A stretch of DNA of 64,000 nucleotides from NCBI GenBank assembly GCA_051942205.1, contig JAVECO010000001.1, positions 186,001 through 250,000 of the forward strand, given 5' to 3'. Positions 24,915 through 37,908 of this stretch are shown piece by piece. Below the pieces are notes generated by a model. The model searched no databases and was not told the DNA's origin. It worked only from the letters and a program-made list of their open reading frames with translations. Origin of the DNA: Coniocarpon cinnabarinum. Taxonomy: Eukaryota. Numbering within the stretch: position 1 is the stretch's first letter; the number at the start of each line of letters is the position of its first letter. The position numbers and the translations under genes are program-made.

Positions 24915-25916
24915 GGCCTGCGAGAACGTGGCGACAGCGGTGCGACGGGCGTCAGCGCGCAGCAGAAAATAAGTACTATGCTGGATTAGAGTTGCCCCCA
25001 GCGTCCCAGTAGGTGATTTGCCGCGCTGGTGATCGGCGTGCCCGAAACGTGGACCTGCCGGACCGAGCCTTAAGGGGCTGGCTGTGTGCCATGATTCGCC
25101 GACGGGCGCCCCTCTTGGCACGCATTGAGCAACGGCATCCACCCGTGCTCACCCAACCACACCACTAACACTGGCCACCACCAGCACACACACCACGCTG
25201 TCTTCCTGGCTCCTCGCTCGCTCTGACTCACTGGATGCGTCCTGGTTGCTCTTCTATTGGCATTGCCCCGTTCCGTCCGCGCTGCTGATCACCCTTCGCT
25301 CCGGAGCATTGGCCATGCCAGCCCTGCGAGCCCTGCTCTGGCCCAACATCCAAGATAGGCGAGGAGGATCCGGGCTTCAGAGCGTCATGGCCACCAACAG
25401 CCCTAAACAGCCCACGGCATATTCTCGCACCCTTGTCTGGAGACTCGTGGCCGTCGGATCCGACCTACCGACCACCGCAGCTCCTCAGGCTGCCCACCTG
25501 CCCTTACTCAAGACGCAATAATAGCTGTGCTGAAACTGCATTCTTGGGCCAAGTGCGTCCCAGACCCAAGGTTGCGTCACGGCAGCTGCTCGCAGCATCT
25601 GCTCTAATTGGGCTTGCTGGTTGGCCTAAGTGTCGATTTCCAAACATGCGCATACAGGCGTCTTCCGTCCCTACACGTTGTACTATGGCCTTCTGCTGGA
25701 CCAAGTCATGGTTGCAGCCCCGATTGCGTCGTCGTCCGCTCGATGCACTTCGTGTTAGTAATTCAAAGGGCGTGAATCCTGCAAACCGTATATGAGCTGG
25801 CTATAATGTCGCTTGTGTTCAAGGTCTCTCAGTCGTCATTGCGTGCAGTAACGAAGAACGATTCCAATTAAATTCATTGCATTTGCTTTTGATGCCAAAT
25901 TCCTGCGAAGCGAACA

Positions 25917-27830
25917 ATGTTGCGTGTGAAAACAGGCTGTATCACGTGTAGGGTATGGCTGAGACGCAGTCGATTGAAAACACAACGGGGCTCCCTGACA
26001 ATCATTATAGATACGCCGAGTGAAGTGTGATGAAGCCAAACCACAATGCAACAGATGTGAGTAATGACCGTCGTCAAGTCGAAAATCCTTTGGATCTTCG
26101 AGGCTTACGCTTCCCAGGCATCAGCACAGGAAGGAATTGTGACGGCTACGCTCAATATCAGGTCTCACGAAAGGATTTGATTGCGTACACCAACTACAAG
26201 CCACAGCGACGCAAGCCCTCTGCGAGTGCAGAAGCATCGTCATCTCGTTCACGTTCGAAGTCCCCATCTATGATTCCATTACCACCTTCTCCAGATATCT
26301 TTATCGATGACGTCGAACGGATGCATTTCGACCATTTTCGCCACCGGACGGCTCCCAGTTCGAACGCTTTTGTCTCATCTGGCTTTTGGTCTCACATTGT
26401 CTTTCAAGTCATCTTTCAAGAGCCAACCGTCCGATACAGCGCGCTCGCTTTGAGCGCCTGGCATCGCCAGTATGAGACACCCGACCCCGCGGTACTCAGC
26501 TTCAGCTTGAGGCAGTACGAAAAGGCGTTGCAGCATATGCACGAGTTGCTCACTCGTGCCGATCAGGATCGATCCTATCTCACTTCCATCTTGACTGCTC
26601 TAATCCTCTTCCATTGTATCCAAAACTGCGTTGGAGATTTTCCTGCAGCGGAAAGGGCTCTGTTCACCAGTCGTGATCTTGCAAAAAGTGCTCCTTCTTC
26701 TTCCATATCACCTGAAGAGATTGACCTTGACCTAAAATTTACCATACACCGACTCGATCTACATTCTAGTACCTGCTCGGACGCCACCGCGCCTTATCGA
26801 CACGACCCAGGATTCTTGTCAGACGCTGAGTCATTTCCAGAGAGTTTCCGTTGCAGCCTACATGCATTTGGGGTTCTTTTATATTTGATGAAAGATGGCT
26901 TGCACATCTCTGGAATGGTACAGCATCATCCAGGCGGGGATGAACCCAACACTCTGCGCCTAGAAGAAGTTGCCATTCGACGAACATCACTCATCAACCT
27001 CCTCAAGCAATGGAATGACCGCGCCAATGCGCTGGAGGAACGAATGAATAGATCCGAAACGATGACTATGAACATGGTGAGTTTACAGACTTGTCACCCT
27101 TGAGCAATTCCTCGTGCTTCTGCTGCCATCGTTCTGCAAATAGAAACATAATTGCCTCTTGATCATACAATGGCTACGGCAAGCAACTGCACAGAGGTTT
27201 CAAGACCTACACCTGCCAGATCAAAAGCCTGCTGTTACCGCAGGGACTTCCAGCGCCTCCATGAAGAATTCTCACTGACTGTGTACACTGCAGGCATTGG
27301 CGCGAATTTTGTGCACGATAGCCATAACCACGTTATGCAAAGACGTCGCCGACTCCGAAATGGCGTTCGACCTCTATCAGCCTCAATTCGTCTACATAAT
27401 CACCACCGTTGAAGCGATCTTGAAAGCTGCCGCGATGCCTTCACCAAGCAGCTACAGCGGCACTCACCCGGTCCTTGACAAGGCGCCATTCTCCTGCGAG
27501 CTCGGCATCATCGCACCCCTCTTCCAAGTCGGTTTCAAATGTCGCGATCCATACATCAGAAGAAGAGCGGTAGAGCTTCTCTTGCAGTCGAGGCGGCGTG
27601 AGGGCCGATGGGAAAGCATTGCCGCAGCTCGCGTCTGTCAAAGAATCATTGAAATTGAAGAAGAAGGACTCGGTGTCGTGCGATCCTGCCATGACATCCC
27701 GGAACACCAGCGCATCGTATCGTGGGTTCCTGAGGTGAACATGAGCGAGCAGACCGTCCAAGCGACATTTTACATCCCCTCGGCCTTGACGGAGGACAGA
27801 AGATGGTGGAAAGAATTCATCGCTTTCTGA
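25917..27830 (+). CDS. Zn(II)2Cys6 transcription factor with fungal-specific TF domain; introns 25953-26010, 26057-26117, 27077-27293
   Basis: Spliced cluster KTGCITCR|IRRVKCDEAKPQCNRC|ISTGRNCDGY; FWSHIVFQ..EPTVRYSALALSAWH; C-terminal LGIIAPLF..KCRDPYIRRRAVELL..RREGRWES. Confidence 0.9.
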
Positions 27831-28093
27831 AGTGCAAAGGGTTGTGTTGTTTCTTGCATTTAGCGTTGGCGTTGGAGACAAAAGACACGTCCTATCATAT
27901 ACCCAGTCGTGATCTGACCGTTTGGCAGTGAAATCTAATCGAATCTAGTGGCAAAATACATGTTTCATCACAGACCCATCGACTACCAAGAAACCAAGAG
28001 ACACTCGTGACTGTACACGTTATCATGCCCTTCATGTCTCGGATATCACGCTGACGACCTTAATATCACCAACACTTAATCTCACGATGGCTC

Positions 28094-29455
28094 CTAGCTC
28101 GAACAATTCTTTGTGAGCCACTCATCCCACTGGTCTGCGGCGAAACGGTTAGCTTCCGTCCTCAGGATTTCATTCATCATTGCGTGCACTTACCGCCCGT
28201 GAAACTACTCGAGATGGAATTTTCCACAACCCCGTTGAACAACACCGTCGGACTCACATGCATCCCCGTCAATCGTGCCATCTACCATCGTCAGCAACCC
28301 AAATCCCTTCTCGATCCCATCTTCCCTGCTCTCAAAACAAGGCAAAACAAACAAAAGCAAAATAAAGCAGCCATACCTTGACAATCACCTTGACATCATT
28401 CGTAACTTGATTCCCCACATTCAAACTCCCATCACTCGCCGGCTTATCAGGAACCCTCAACAGTTCCAGTATTTTCCCCTCATCCACGCCTACACTCCCC
28501 GCCACCTTCGCCAAACGCCCGTACGTCGCATTCCGTCCCTCATTCACGACGTGCACGTCGAAAAACTCGTTCTGAGCCTTGAACAGCGCCGCCGAGAAGT
28601 CCCAGAATTTCGCCGGCGCCAGTTGCAGCACCGCGAGCGCGGATTCGTGCACCAACGTGGAGGAGGGGTGCCAGGGTTGGATCTGCTGGCGGAAGACGAA
28701 TTGCGTGCGGTTGGTGTAGGGTTTGCCTTTGGACGTGGTGGGGGCGAGGATGGAGGCGCTGAGGGTTTGGAACATTTTGGCGGAGAAGGGACAGACGTAG
28801 TCGAGATCTGGGGTCGGTTCTTGTCAGGAGTCGATTGTGTGAGTGAGTGAGGAATGGATGGATGATGGGGAGGAAAGGATGGAGCAGGGCTGGCGTGTTG
28901 TCGCGAGTTTTGATCGGACTAAGGGGGCCTTAGATGGGAATTCGAGGGATTAATTGGGTGCTTGAAGAGAGGAGCGCAGGTGACGAAGGATATGGATGGC
29001 TTTGGGAAGAAAGGAGGTGCCTTTACACAACTCGACCGTATCTGCCAACAACAACGTTAGCTTCGGCATCATCCGGCTAAATGGTCGCTCAAATCGACGT
29101 CCATCATTATCATCTCCTCAACCAAACTCTCCAACGATTCCACTCATTCGATTGTCAATCCTAAATTACAATCACACCTCCATAACCCTTGCTTCCCTGA
29201 CCGCCCTTCAAGACCTATGCTCTTTCACGAGTACCTTTTGCATCAGCCGCCTCTATTAGGCATCTAATGGCTATTTCACCTCGATAATTTAATCATTGCT
29301 TTTTCAACGCAACGCATTTTCAACCGCCTTGTTCTAATGTGGCTTTCTCCAAGATCAAATGCATTGATTCGTATGAAAATAGACGTACTGATGTCCTTGA
29401 CGGGTTGATCACCAAGTATCAACTTCTGTCCCGCAAGTCTCGGCGGGACTGCCAT
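28094..29455 (-). CDS. Thioredoxin/DsbA-like fold protein with CPFS (CxxS) motif; 5 exons including a 15-nt microexon
   Basis: Spliced MAVPPRLAGQK..KDI|NTVEL|YLDYVCPFSAKMF..FRQQIQPWHPSSTLVHESALAV..GNQVTNDVKVIVK|MARLTGMHVSPTVLFNG..SSSFTG|DQWDEWL; all junctions GT-AG and in phase. Confidence 0.85.
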
Positions 29456-29627
29456 TTTCCGAAAAAACCTCTTTAATTTCTTCGCCGAACTATTTGTCTC
29501 GTGAACTGTTGTTGTGTCGACTGGCGTATATCCAACACCGCAGTATCAGATATTGCGACTAAGGAATTGCTAGTATATATAGTCGCGTAGTGTATATTAT
29601 GGTGGAGGGTCAATTTGAGCTTCAGGT

Positions 29628-29637
29628 GTGACGTCAC
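29628..29637. promoter_or_regulatory. CRE/ATF-like palindrome upstream of the DsbA-like gene
   Basis: GTGACGTCAC about 175 nt upstream of the ATG at 29455, with TATATA near 29575. Confidence 0.35.
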
Positions 29638-29952
29638 GCCCCACGCGTAGCACGCAATGGATGTAAATCACTTGGAACAGGACGATGCGTTGAAATCATA
29701 GTGATTTGGGGAAGTGACGGAGGAACAGCAGGAACGGTAATCGAATAGCAGAGCAGTATTGGAATCTTTGTAATGACGCGGGAAAAAAAGCGAGGGTCAG
29801 GGTTGGAGGCGAGGGCATGAAAGTACTGTGAGGAAGGGTCGCGTCGACAGCGCGAGGTATAACATCAGCAAGGAGTAATACAGAACTTGAGTAGCGGAGT
29901 CCAGACGTCAATCTGCTGTTTAAAGACGCGACACAGCCAGAGTACTTGACCC

Positions 29953-31666
29953 TCAAAGCTCATCATGTTCGTACTCGTCCACGACCTCTGTCTTTTCCTC
30001 GACCACACCCAACGTAACAATAGGTTCACTTTCCGACGCCTCCTCCGGCGTCTCCACCACACGTTCAGCACTCTCAGCACTTTCCTCACTCCTCTCTTCA
30101 CTCTCGTCAACCACAATAACAGGCGGTTCGTCCTCCTTTCGGACCTTCTCTTCCTCCACCGCCGCTTTCTTCTCAACGACCGGTTCCTCTTCCAACTCCT
30201 TCACCAATCCATCCGGTAATTTCTGCTTCCTGAAATCACCGAGCCTGATGCCGTCGATCCAGCTTTCGACGGCGTCCTTGGACATGTCGTCATCAAGGAC
30301 GCTGTACCATCCCCTCTTCGCATTGACAGCGAGGACCAACGAGCCTTCCTTCAGTTTCAGCCCATCTGCTAATGTTTTAAATTCTGTGTTGTCTTCGGAG
30401 ACGCTATAGATTGGGAAGAGCTTCGCGCCGCGATGGGCGTGGCGCGTTGCGATATCTGACAGTGCGTCAAGCAGCGTCGTTGATGTTTCGGACGCTTCCG
30501 TGGGCACGACGGCAATGAGACATGTTGATGACTTGGAATGGAGACACGTCTTTTGCAACGCGTCGGCTTCTTCGAGTTGTGTGATTTCAATTTTAGGCGT
30601 GGTGATGGGGACTTGTGCGGGTTTGGGCCCTTCTGTGTCCACGCGCGGATCCGGCGATTCTTTGGGATGCTGAGGGTAGGAATCTGGTTCTAGTGACTCT
30701 TCGGCGGCGGAGGGCGTCGACTTAGATGCAGTCTTGGATTTTGAAGAAGACTTGGAAGACGACTTTGACGATGGCTTCGCTGAAGGCGGCAGGGCGTCTG
30801 GGTGCGGCAGCATGACCTCGGAGAAGAACGTGACTAGACTCTCCTTGCTGATCTCGCCATCGAATTTCTTCGACTCGCTCGCGTCGCCGTTGGGCAATAA
30901 CAGCACAGCAGGAAACGAAGTCACGCCGAATTTGGAGACGAGCTCCTTGTCACCCGAACGCACGTAGCCGAAATCAACGCCACCCAAAAAGTCAATGGCA
31001 AGCGTCTTCACAAAAGCCGGAACAAGACCCTTCTCACTAAACACAAGCCCCTTAGCTCGACCCGGCGTCTTCGCCACGAACTTGTCAAAGTCGGCCAGAG
31101 ACTTCAATCTCATGACATGATTAGAGATCTTGTCGGTGACGGCGTCGGTGATCCCCTTGGCGGTTCGCGGTCCCTGGTAGTCTTCCACCGTGCCCTTTTT
31201 GCCAGGTTGCTTGGACGGCTTGACGAGTTTGAGGGTGGGAAAACCTTGCACGCCCATGCTGCCGCAGAAGGGTTTGTTGGACTCGTCGTCGCAGTCTACG
31301 GCACCAACTTTGGCGATCCCACTGAGGGATTTGGCGGCTTTTTCGTAGGCGGGTTTGAGGTTTTTGCAGTGGCCGCACCTGTGAGCTCATTGAGCTTTAT
31401 ATACAAATTGCGAAGAGGAAGCAAAGAAAAGAATGAGTTTCATTTGAGGTGTTGCCATGTTTGTACGTATATTTAAGTTAGAGCTTCACTCACCATGGTG
31501 CATAGAACTCGACGATTGAGGTATAATTCGACTTTGCGATTAATTGATCGTAGCTCTTTTGATTCAGCTGTAGCACCGGCGAGCCTTTGCTGTACAGACC
31601 ATCACCGAGTACTAAAGAGACACCGAAGACGAGGAGTATCGTCCATATCATATTGATGGAATGCAT
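29953..31666 (-). CDS. MPD1: ER protein disulfide isomerase-related protein (Mpd1/PrpA type), one intron
   Basis: Signal peptide MIWTILLVFGVSLVLG, GLYSKGSPVLQ, VEFYAPW|CGHCKNLKPAYEKAAKSL, GVQGFPTLK, C-terminal HDEL. Start is 31666 or 31651. Confidence 0.92.
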
Positions 31667-32103
31667 GGTGGACGGAGACACTGAAGACCAGTGGAAGCAA
31701 CCACTAACCGATACCTTCAAGCAAAACAAGACCTCGACGAGGTTTATTACATCATAAGGAAGCTCCGATGGCCGTGCTTTGCCGTCCCACAGCTGAACTG
31801 GTGACGAGAAGTTGACAGGTGTCCAGATGAGATGTCCAGATGGAGCAAGGATTAAGGTTGAAAGTCTGGGGTAATAGGGCTGAACCGTAGGCGGGCAACC
31901 GCCGGGCCGACCGCTAAATTTAGGCGGAGCGGTGGGGCATCAAACCGCCGATAATCTCGTGATTTAGTGGTTGCCTCAGAGTACCTCTACGTTTCATCTG
32001 TACATCAACGCTTGTCGCATCCACCATAGATCCTTTCAATAGCTCTGACATACGGCGTACCCCATCGAAGCTCTTCCTGTAGCGTTGAGCACGCCCCACC
32101 ACT

Positions 32104-33429
32104 ATGGCGACTCCACTTCCTGCGAAGCTCAAGACAGCGGACGTCCACCGCTTCGTCCACCGCGCGAACCAGCTCGACAAGTTCAAGCCTGCAATCGCAT
32201 ATTGGTGTACGAGTGCATGTGGTTCACGACAACTCCGGATCAATGCTAATTGAGTGTCAGGTAGATACCAAGCCTTGAACAACATCCTCACGAGAAGCCT
32301 CCAAAACGCCGACCAAGAATGTATGGACTTCACCGCCAAACTCATGGACACAGTAGAAGAGGTAGCAACAGCGCCGCACTGACATTAGAAATTTCCGCCC
32401 ACTAATACCGCGGTATAGATGAAATCAGAACACGCACAAGATGCCGCCATCGCAGATGAATCCTTTGCACCAGCCTACATCCAACGCTTCGGCACCGAAA
32501 CCTTCGAACGTGGCGACAAGGCCATCCGCAGCAACACGGTCACCGCACAAACAGTCGATACCTTTCAAGCCGCCGTCACCTTTCTCGATCTCCTCCACAT
32601 CTGGCAACCGCTCCCCATTGAAGTCGCCGAGAAGATCAAATACGCGAAATATCACGCCGTGCGAATAGGTAAGGACATCAAAGCAGGTAAAGATCCCAAT
32701 CTCTCGAACCCAGTCCAAGAGCCTGAGCCCTCTGCGGAGGAAGTCCCGTTAGATCCCAATGATCCCGAAGTCCAGCGTATTAATAGTGCTGCGGCGTATC
32801 AACCCACGGTTGAAGATGCACATGATGAAGACGTAGCTCTCCGCTCTCCCTACAGCAATCCGACGCCACTTCCTCAACGCACGACCAGCGCACCGCGACC
32901 CGTCTCAGCCGGGACAGTCTCCCCGCCGCCACCAACACAGCCGCCTATTCATCCTACGGCAAGTCCACCGCATCAAAGAGGTTCAGTATCCTCTATGAAT
33001 AGCAACCCGCGAAAGGACTCGCTGGGGGGTGGTTACTTCCCCGAGACCGCACCCTCCGCACCGGCAGCATCAGCATTCCAACCACCGCCGGCCTCCGCAC
33101 CGCCTCCCTCCGCATTCGCAGCTGACATCAGCGGCGCGCCTCACGCGCCCTCTGACGCCGCCGCGCGCTCCTTCTATCAATCACAGACGCCGTCTGCGCC
33201 ACCACCCCAACCACACACCGCTCCGCACGCCTATCCTCCGCCGAAGGCACCCCCAGCTCAACCGCCTCCGCCGGTAGCGAGCACGAACGGTCAGCTTGTG
33301 GATGATGATGTGGCGATGGCGACTGCGCAGAAGCACGCGAGATGGGCCATCTCTGCTTTGAATTTTGAGGACGTGCCGACGGCGGTTAAGGAGTTGAGGC
33401 AGGCGTTGAGGACGTTGGGAGCGGGCTGA
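32104..33429 (+). CDS. VTA1: Vacuolar protein sorting protein Vta1 (3 exons)
   Basis: MATPLPAKLK..RANQLDKFKPAIAYWC, EKIKYAKYHAVRI, Pro-rich linker, C-terminal VSL motif AQKHARWAISALNFEDVPTAVKELRQAL. Confidence 0.93.
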
Positions 33430-33940
33430 GACGTCTGGACGGGTCTTCGCAAAACATGGGCGACCGCAAGCTTATCGCAAGCTGGATGTAATGCATTGTG
33501 GGGGTATTGAGGGACTCGGAGCGATGGGGATGTCCGCCGTTGTTGCATCGAGGACGGCATTGGCTCTTTGGAGAGTCAAGTTCGGATAGAATTGCTCCTG
33601 CGACGAGCGTGCAGGCGTGGCGCGACTTTGTAATGGTTATCAGGAAATCAGCTGCGAGACAGGCATCACTCACTCAGCCATCAAAGACATCGCGAAAGGA
33701 AATCGAGTGTCTTGCCGAGACGCAAGAGCAGCCATGGAAGAAGGCCCATATGCTCGTATACCCTCCTCCGAGGTTGACACTTCAGGCAGATATGCCTGTT
33801 TTCATATAACGAGGAGCACATATGCCTCCGTTCAAAACCACACAGCCATCATACAATCAAGGACTTGAAATGTCCCTTTGAATCGAGCCCCAACTCCACG
33901 CTTCTAAAACCACTTCGCTCCTCTCCTTCCTTCAAACTTA

Positions 33941-33966
33941 CCCACACCCACACCCACACCCACACC
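33941..33966. repeat. (CCCACA)4 microsatellite
   Basis: cccacacccacacccacacccacacc just 3' of the RFC2 stop. Confidence 0.6.
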
Positions 33967-33980
33967 GCGCCTCACCATGC

Positions 33981-35329
33981 TCACCCCAAATACCTCGTCA
34001 ACGCCCCACTACACCTCAACGCCGCATCCAAAACAGTCAACTCCTCATCCGCCCCGTCGATAAGCCGCTTATCCGCCTCACTGAAAACACCCATCATCCC
34101 GACCTTCGCCCGATCGTCAATCGTCTCGTCAAAGATCAACGCTTCGTATAGTTGCCCCAGTAGTTGCGCCGCCGGCCAGCCGTCTGCGATGATAGCGGTC
34201 ATCGCACTCCGAATGGCATCGTAGGTCTTTCCGGGATTGGTGCGTTCTCGCACTGGTAACGTGACGGCTTGGATGAGAGTTTGGAGGACGGGCTCTGGGA
34301 TGACGCCGGCGATTTCTTGGACCATGCTCGACGTTACAGCGGGGGCGTCTAGGTCCATTTTCTCGGCTTCGGCCGGGGGCTCCTCGTCGTCGTCTGGGAT
34401 CTTCTTGCTGCCTTTTTTCTTTTTGGGGGCGTTCGTTTGGACGGGGCGGACGAGACCGCCGGCGCTTTGTAGGAGGGTGATTGCCCGTCTGAGATCGCCG
34501 TCGGCCACTTTGGCAAGTGTGTTACTGACGCCGTCTTCGAGCTTCACGCCCTCGGCTTCTGCTATCATCTCGAGTCGTCCCACGGCGTCGGAATCTCCCA
34601 GGCTTTTGAACCGAAACTTACTGCACCGACTCGCCAGCGGATCTATGATCCGCGTCACATAATTGCAAATCAAGCAAAACCGCGTGATCCGCGAATACGT
34701 CTCCATCGTCCGTCGCAATGCAGACTGCGCATCCTGCGTCATACTATCCGCCTCATCGAGGACAATAATCTTAAAAGGCGGGACGGGATATCTACTCGCG
34801 TATTCCTTCCCCGCGGGACCAGCGGGAAGGGCGCTCAGCTGCTGGCGGGCGAAGTCTTTAATCTTGGTGCGCACGACGGAGATGCCGCGTTCGTCGGAGG
34901 CGTTGAGTTCGAGGACGCGGGACTTGAAGAGGTCCGGGCCGAAGAGTTGTTTGGAGAGGGCGAGGATGGTGCTGGTTTTGCCGGTGCCGGGGGGGCCGTA
35001 GAAGAGGAGGTGGGGGAGGTTGGTGGTGCGGAGGGTTCGTGTTAGGGTTGTGGTGGTGTGGGGTTGGGATGTGATGTCGTTGAGGGTTTTGGGTCGGCTA
35101 AGGTTTGTCTAAGTTAGCATTGGATTGAGACTCGTCTGGGGATTTCTGAAGATGGGATAGATCGTGTGGGAAGTGGAGGAGAGGATCGGAAGTACTATTT
35201 TTCTACCCAGGGTTGGAGGTGGGATTGGTCTTCTTTTTCTTTGGAGGGCTTGGAGGAGGAGGCAGTGCCATTTGTTTGGGCGGCTTTGGCGGCTGCCGCG
35301 CGAGCTTTGTTGTCGAAGAAGCTGGCCAT
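33981..35329 (-). CDS. RFC2: Replication factor C subunit 2 (clamp loader AAA+); intron 35195-35098
   Basis: [74 protein letters not shown] motif, DGADEEL. Confidence 0.95.
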
Positions 35330-35410
35330 AATTGCGAAGGCTGAGAACGGGCACGGCGCGGGTGTATGGATTGGAGGTATTCGGCTGGTCACTGACATTG
35401 GGAATGGAAG

Positions 35411-35437
35411 ACGCGTCGTGGAGACCAGTTGACGCGT
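35411..35437. promoter_or_regulatory. Two MCB (MluI cell-cycle box) elements upstream of RFC2
   Basis: ACGCGT at 35411-35416 and 35432-35437, about 80-110 nt upstream of the RFC2 ATG; fits known MBF control of replication genes. Confidence 0.5.
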
Positions 35438-35761
35438 TAAGTGGTGTCGTATAGCGATATTATGGCACTCAGAAGCGTTTCCCCACCCTTTAGCAAAAAT
35501 AATGTGTAGAAGGAACTTGACATTTTCACGAAGTTGCTTGTTTAGGCCGGATTGACGCAAAATACACACAGGTTGAAATGCTGCAACATCGTGCAACTGT
35601 AGTATAGTCGATCATACATTGGAGTGGTTGCATAAGACTGCATAAACAAATGAGCCAGAAACACTGAACGTCTTAAAGATTTACTATCACTGAATAATGC
35701 CCTCAAGTCTTTATGTTTTCAGCATATGAAGTCGCCTGATGTGCTGACATACAGCATCTTC

Positions 35762-37443
35762 TCATCCGAGCTTAGATGGCTTCTCCTCATACTCACTCCC
35801 GCTACTACTCCCCTTCTCCCCATCCCTATCCCTTACTACACTCGTTCGCCTCCCATCCCCTAAGAGCGCAGTATCATAGCCATGCTCCACCAAAGCCTTC
35901 CGAAACCGCCGATCCTCCTCATCAATCGTGTCCTGACTAATGGCAGGCAAGCAAAAAATAACCAACGCAGCACTCACCAGGGCCAAAGACGACGCCACCC
36001 AAAAGGGGTACTGTCCCTGCTGCGTCTTGGTTTTGCCGTCGTTCTGAATCACAGGGAAGACGTACGTCCCCACGAAGGCACCGACCTTGCCCATTGCCGA
36101 TGCAACGGCATAGTACTGTCCCCGTATCGACGTGGGACATGTCTTTGCGGCCACAAGCCCGATGTTGTCGCCCGGCCCAAGCTCACCGAATGAGAGAAAG
36201 AATCCGTAAACGACGCACCAGGCTGCTACGTTTCCTGGTTGGCTCAGCGGGCCGTATACTCCAGCCATGATGTAGCCTGTAATCGCCTGCAATATCACGC
36301 CTACGGCCAGCGTCGTTCTTGGTCCCCACTTGTCGGAGATCCATGATCCTGCGATCGCACCGGGGAGGTAAAACGCATTCACGAGGATGCCCCATGCGAA
36401 TGATTTCCAGGTCGCTGCCGTCGAAGGGATGATGTTATCGATAATCTCGGTCGAGTAAATCGAAAACGCGAAGCTCGAGAAGTCGTAGATGAACCAGATA
36501 GCGCTGACCACAAACATACGGAATCCGTACATTTTCAGAATAAGCAACCACGGCGTCCGGTTCTTTCCCATCTTCTCGCGCTGGAACGCTTCCGGTTCCT
36601 GCAGCTTAAACCGCATCCAAATAAGGCTCAATGGCGGAACCACCCCAAGTCCAAGAATAATCCGCCAGGCCGCGCGCAGATGCGCATCCGTGCAAGCATA
36701 CGCGACGATTGTTGCCACGATATACGCAACCACAGTTCCCAGGTCAATCTGCAGATTCGTGAACCAAATGAACCAGCGATTCCGCTTGCCGCTTTCAAGC
36801 TCGCCCGTCGATTCCGCGCAGCCGACGGATCCAGCGGGGTACTCGCCTCCGATACCGATACCTAGTAGCAGTCGATAGGCTGCGAGCGCAGCAAATGTGC
36901 CTTGAAGGCTGCCATGAGCACCGAATGCGCCAGCGGAGAGCGCGGCGAAGATGAAGAGGATGATGGTGCTGATGAAGAGGGACCATTTTCTCGAGAAGTG
37001 GTCTGACGTGTAGCCGAAGAAGAGGATGCCTAGGACTTCGCCGGCGAAGGCGAGGGCGGAGATGTTGGAGCCAGCGTTGCCGCTGGTGTAGGCGCTGCCG
37101 TAGAGGGACTTGAGGATGGTGTTGACAGGTCCGACGGCCTTTAGATAAGATTGTTAGAAGGGTAGGGCAGCTACTTGCACGAGGGGAGGAATCGCCGTAG
37201 AGAAATCTTGCGGCATCACGGGAGGAGATTGTCACGCACTGAATTCAGATATCCATCTGAGAATAACCCGGCTCCACACGCAATGACAGGTATACGCGTT
37301 TCCCAATATCCTTTACTCGTCTCCTCGAGAGGCTGCTCATCACTTTCCAAAGTCGACGCACGGCGCTCTTCCTCAGCACGTCGCTCGATTGGCGGCGCAA
37401 CACTCGCCGAGCTCTTTCTGAGCTTCGTCAGTAAGCCACTCAT
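35762..37443 (-). CDS. GIT1: Glycerophosphoinositol/glycerophosphodiester permease (MFS); intron 37239-37139
   Basis: IPVIACGAGLFSDGYLNS|AVGPVNTIL, GIGIGGEYPAGSVGCAESTGELESGKRNRWFIWFTN, WFIYDFSSFAF, GELGPGDNIGLVAAKTCPTSIRGQYY. Confidence 0.88.
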
Positions 37444-37470
37444 GACTTCGCGCCGGAAGTGGAGATGGAG

Positions 37471-37826
37471 CACGTGAGGTCAATGAAACCGCAATACGAA
37501 GCTACACATCACAATAGGGAACAAGGCCTGCAAACATCGCGCTCACGATCCGAGGAGCATGGCGTGCGGCAGAGAGACGACGTCCCCGAGCGAGGCTCGT
37601 GAGCCATTAAAACAACTCAACGCCGGCGTAAAAAGCCTACGACATGGCTGTCAGTGCTCGGATGTGCCGCAGCCAATGGCAAGAATGGTTCGCCAAGCTT
37701 TCGCGCTACTGCAGAATGACGTGCCAAGTCTCTGTTGCGCCGAGTGTGCGAGGAGGGAATGGGCGATCGCGTGTTCGGTAGGGTGTAGCGATGTCTCAGA
37801 CACTGTAAGATCGATCCGTCCACGTG
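37471..37826. promoter_or_regulatory. Two CACGTG (Pho4/NUC-1-type bHLH) boxes in the GIT1 upstream region
   Basis: CACGTG at 37471-37476 and 37821-37826; yeast GIT1 is induced by phosphate starvation. Confidence 0.35.
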
Positions 37827-37908
37827 CAGCAATCCTCGACTCAAGTGCTCGATGGGAGCGAATAGATGGAAGCATAGCACTCCATCGTCTTTCCGTCTCG
37901 CCCGCCTG

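Noticed and set aside
16975..27830. Possible secondary-metabolite cluster (transporter, Zn2Cys6 factor, enzymes)
   Set aside because: No backbone synthase; interleaved with housekeeping genes such as RRF1 and MDE1.
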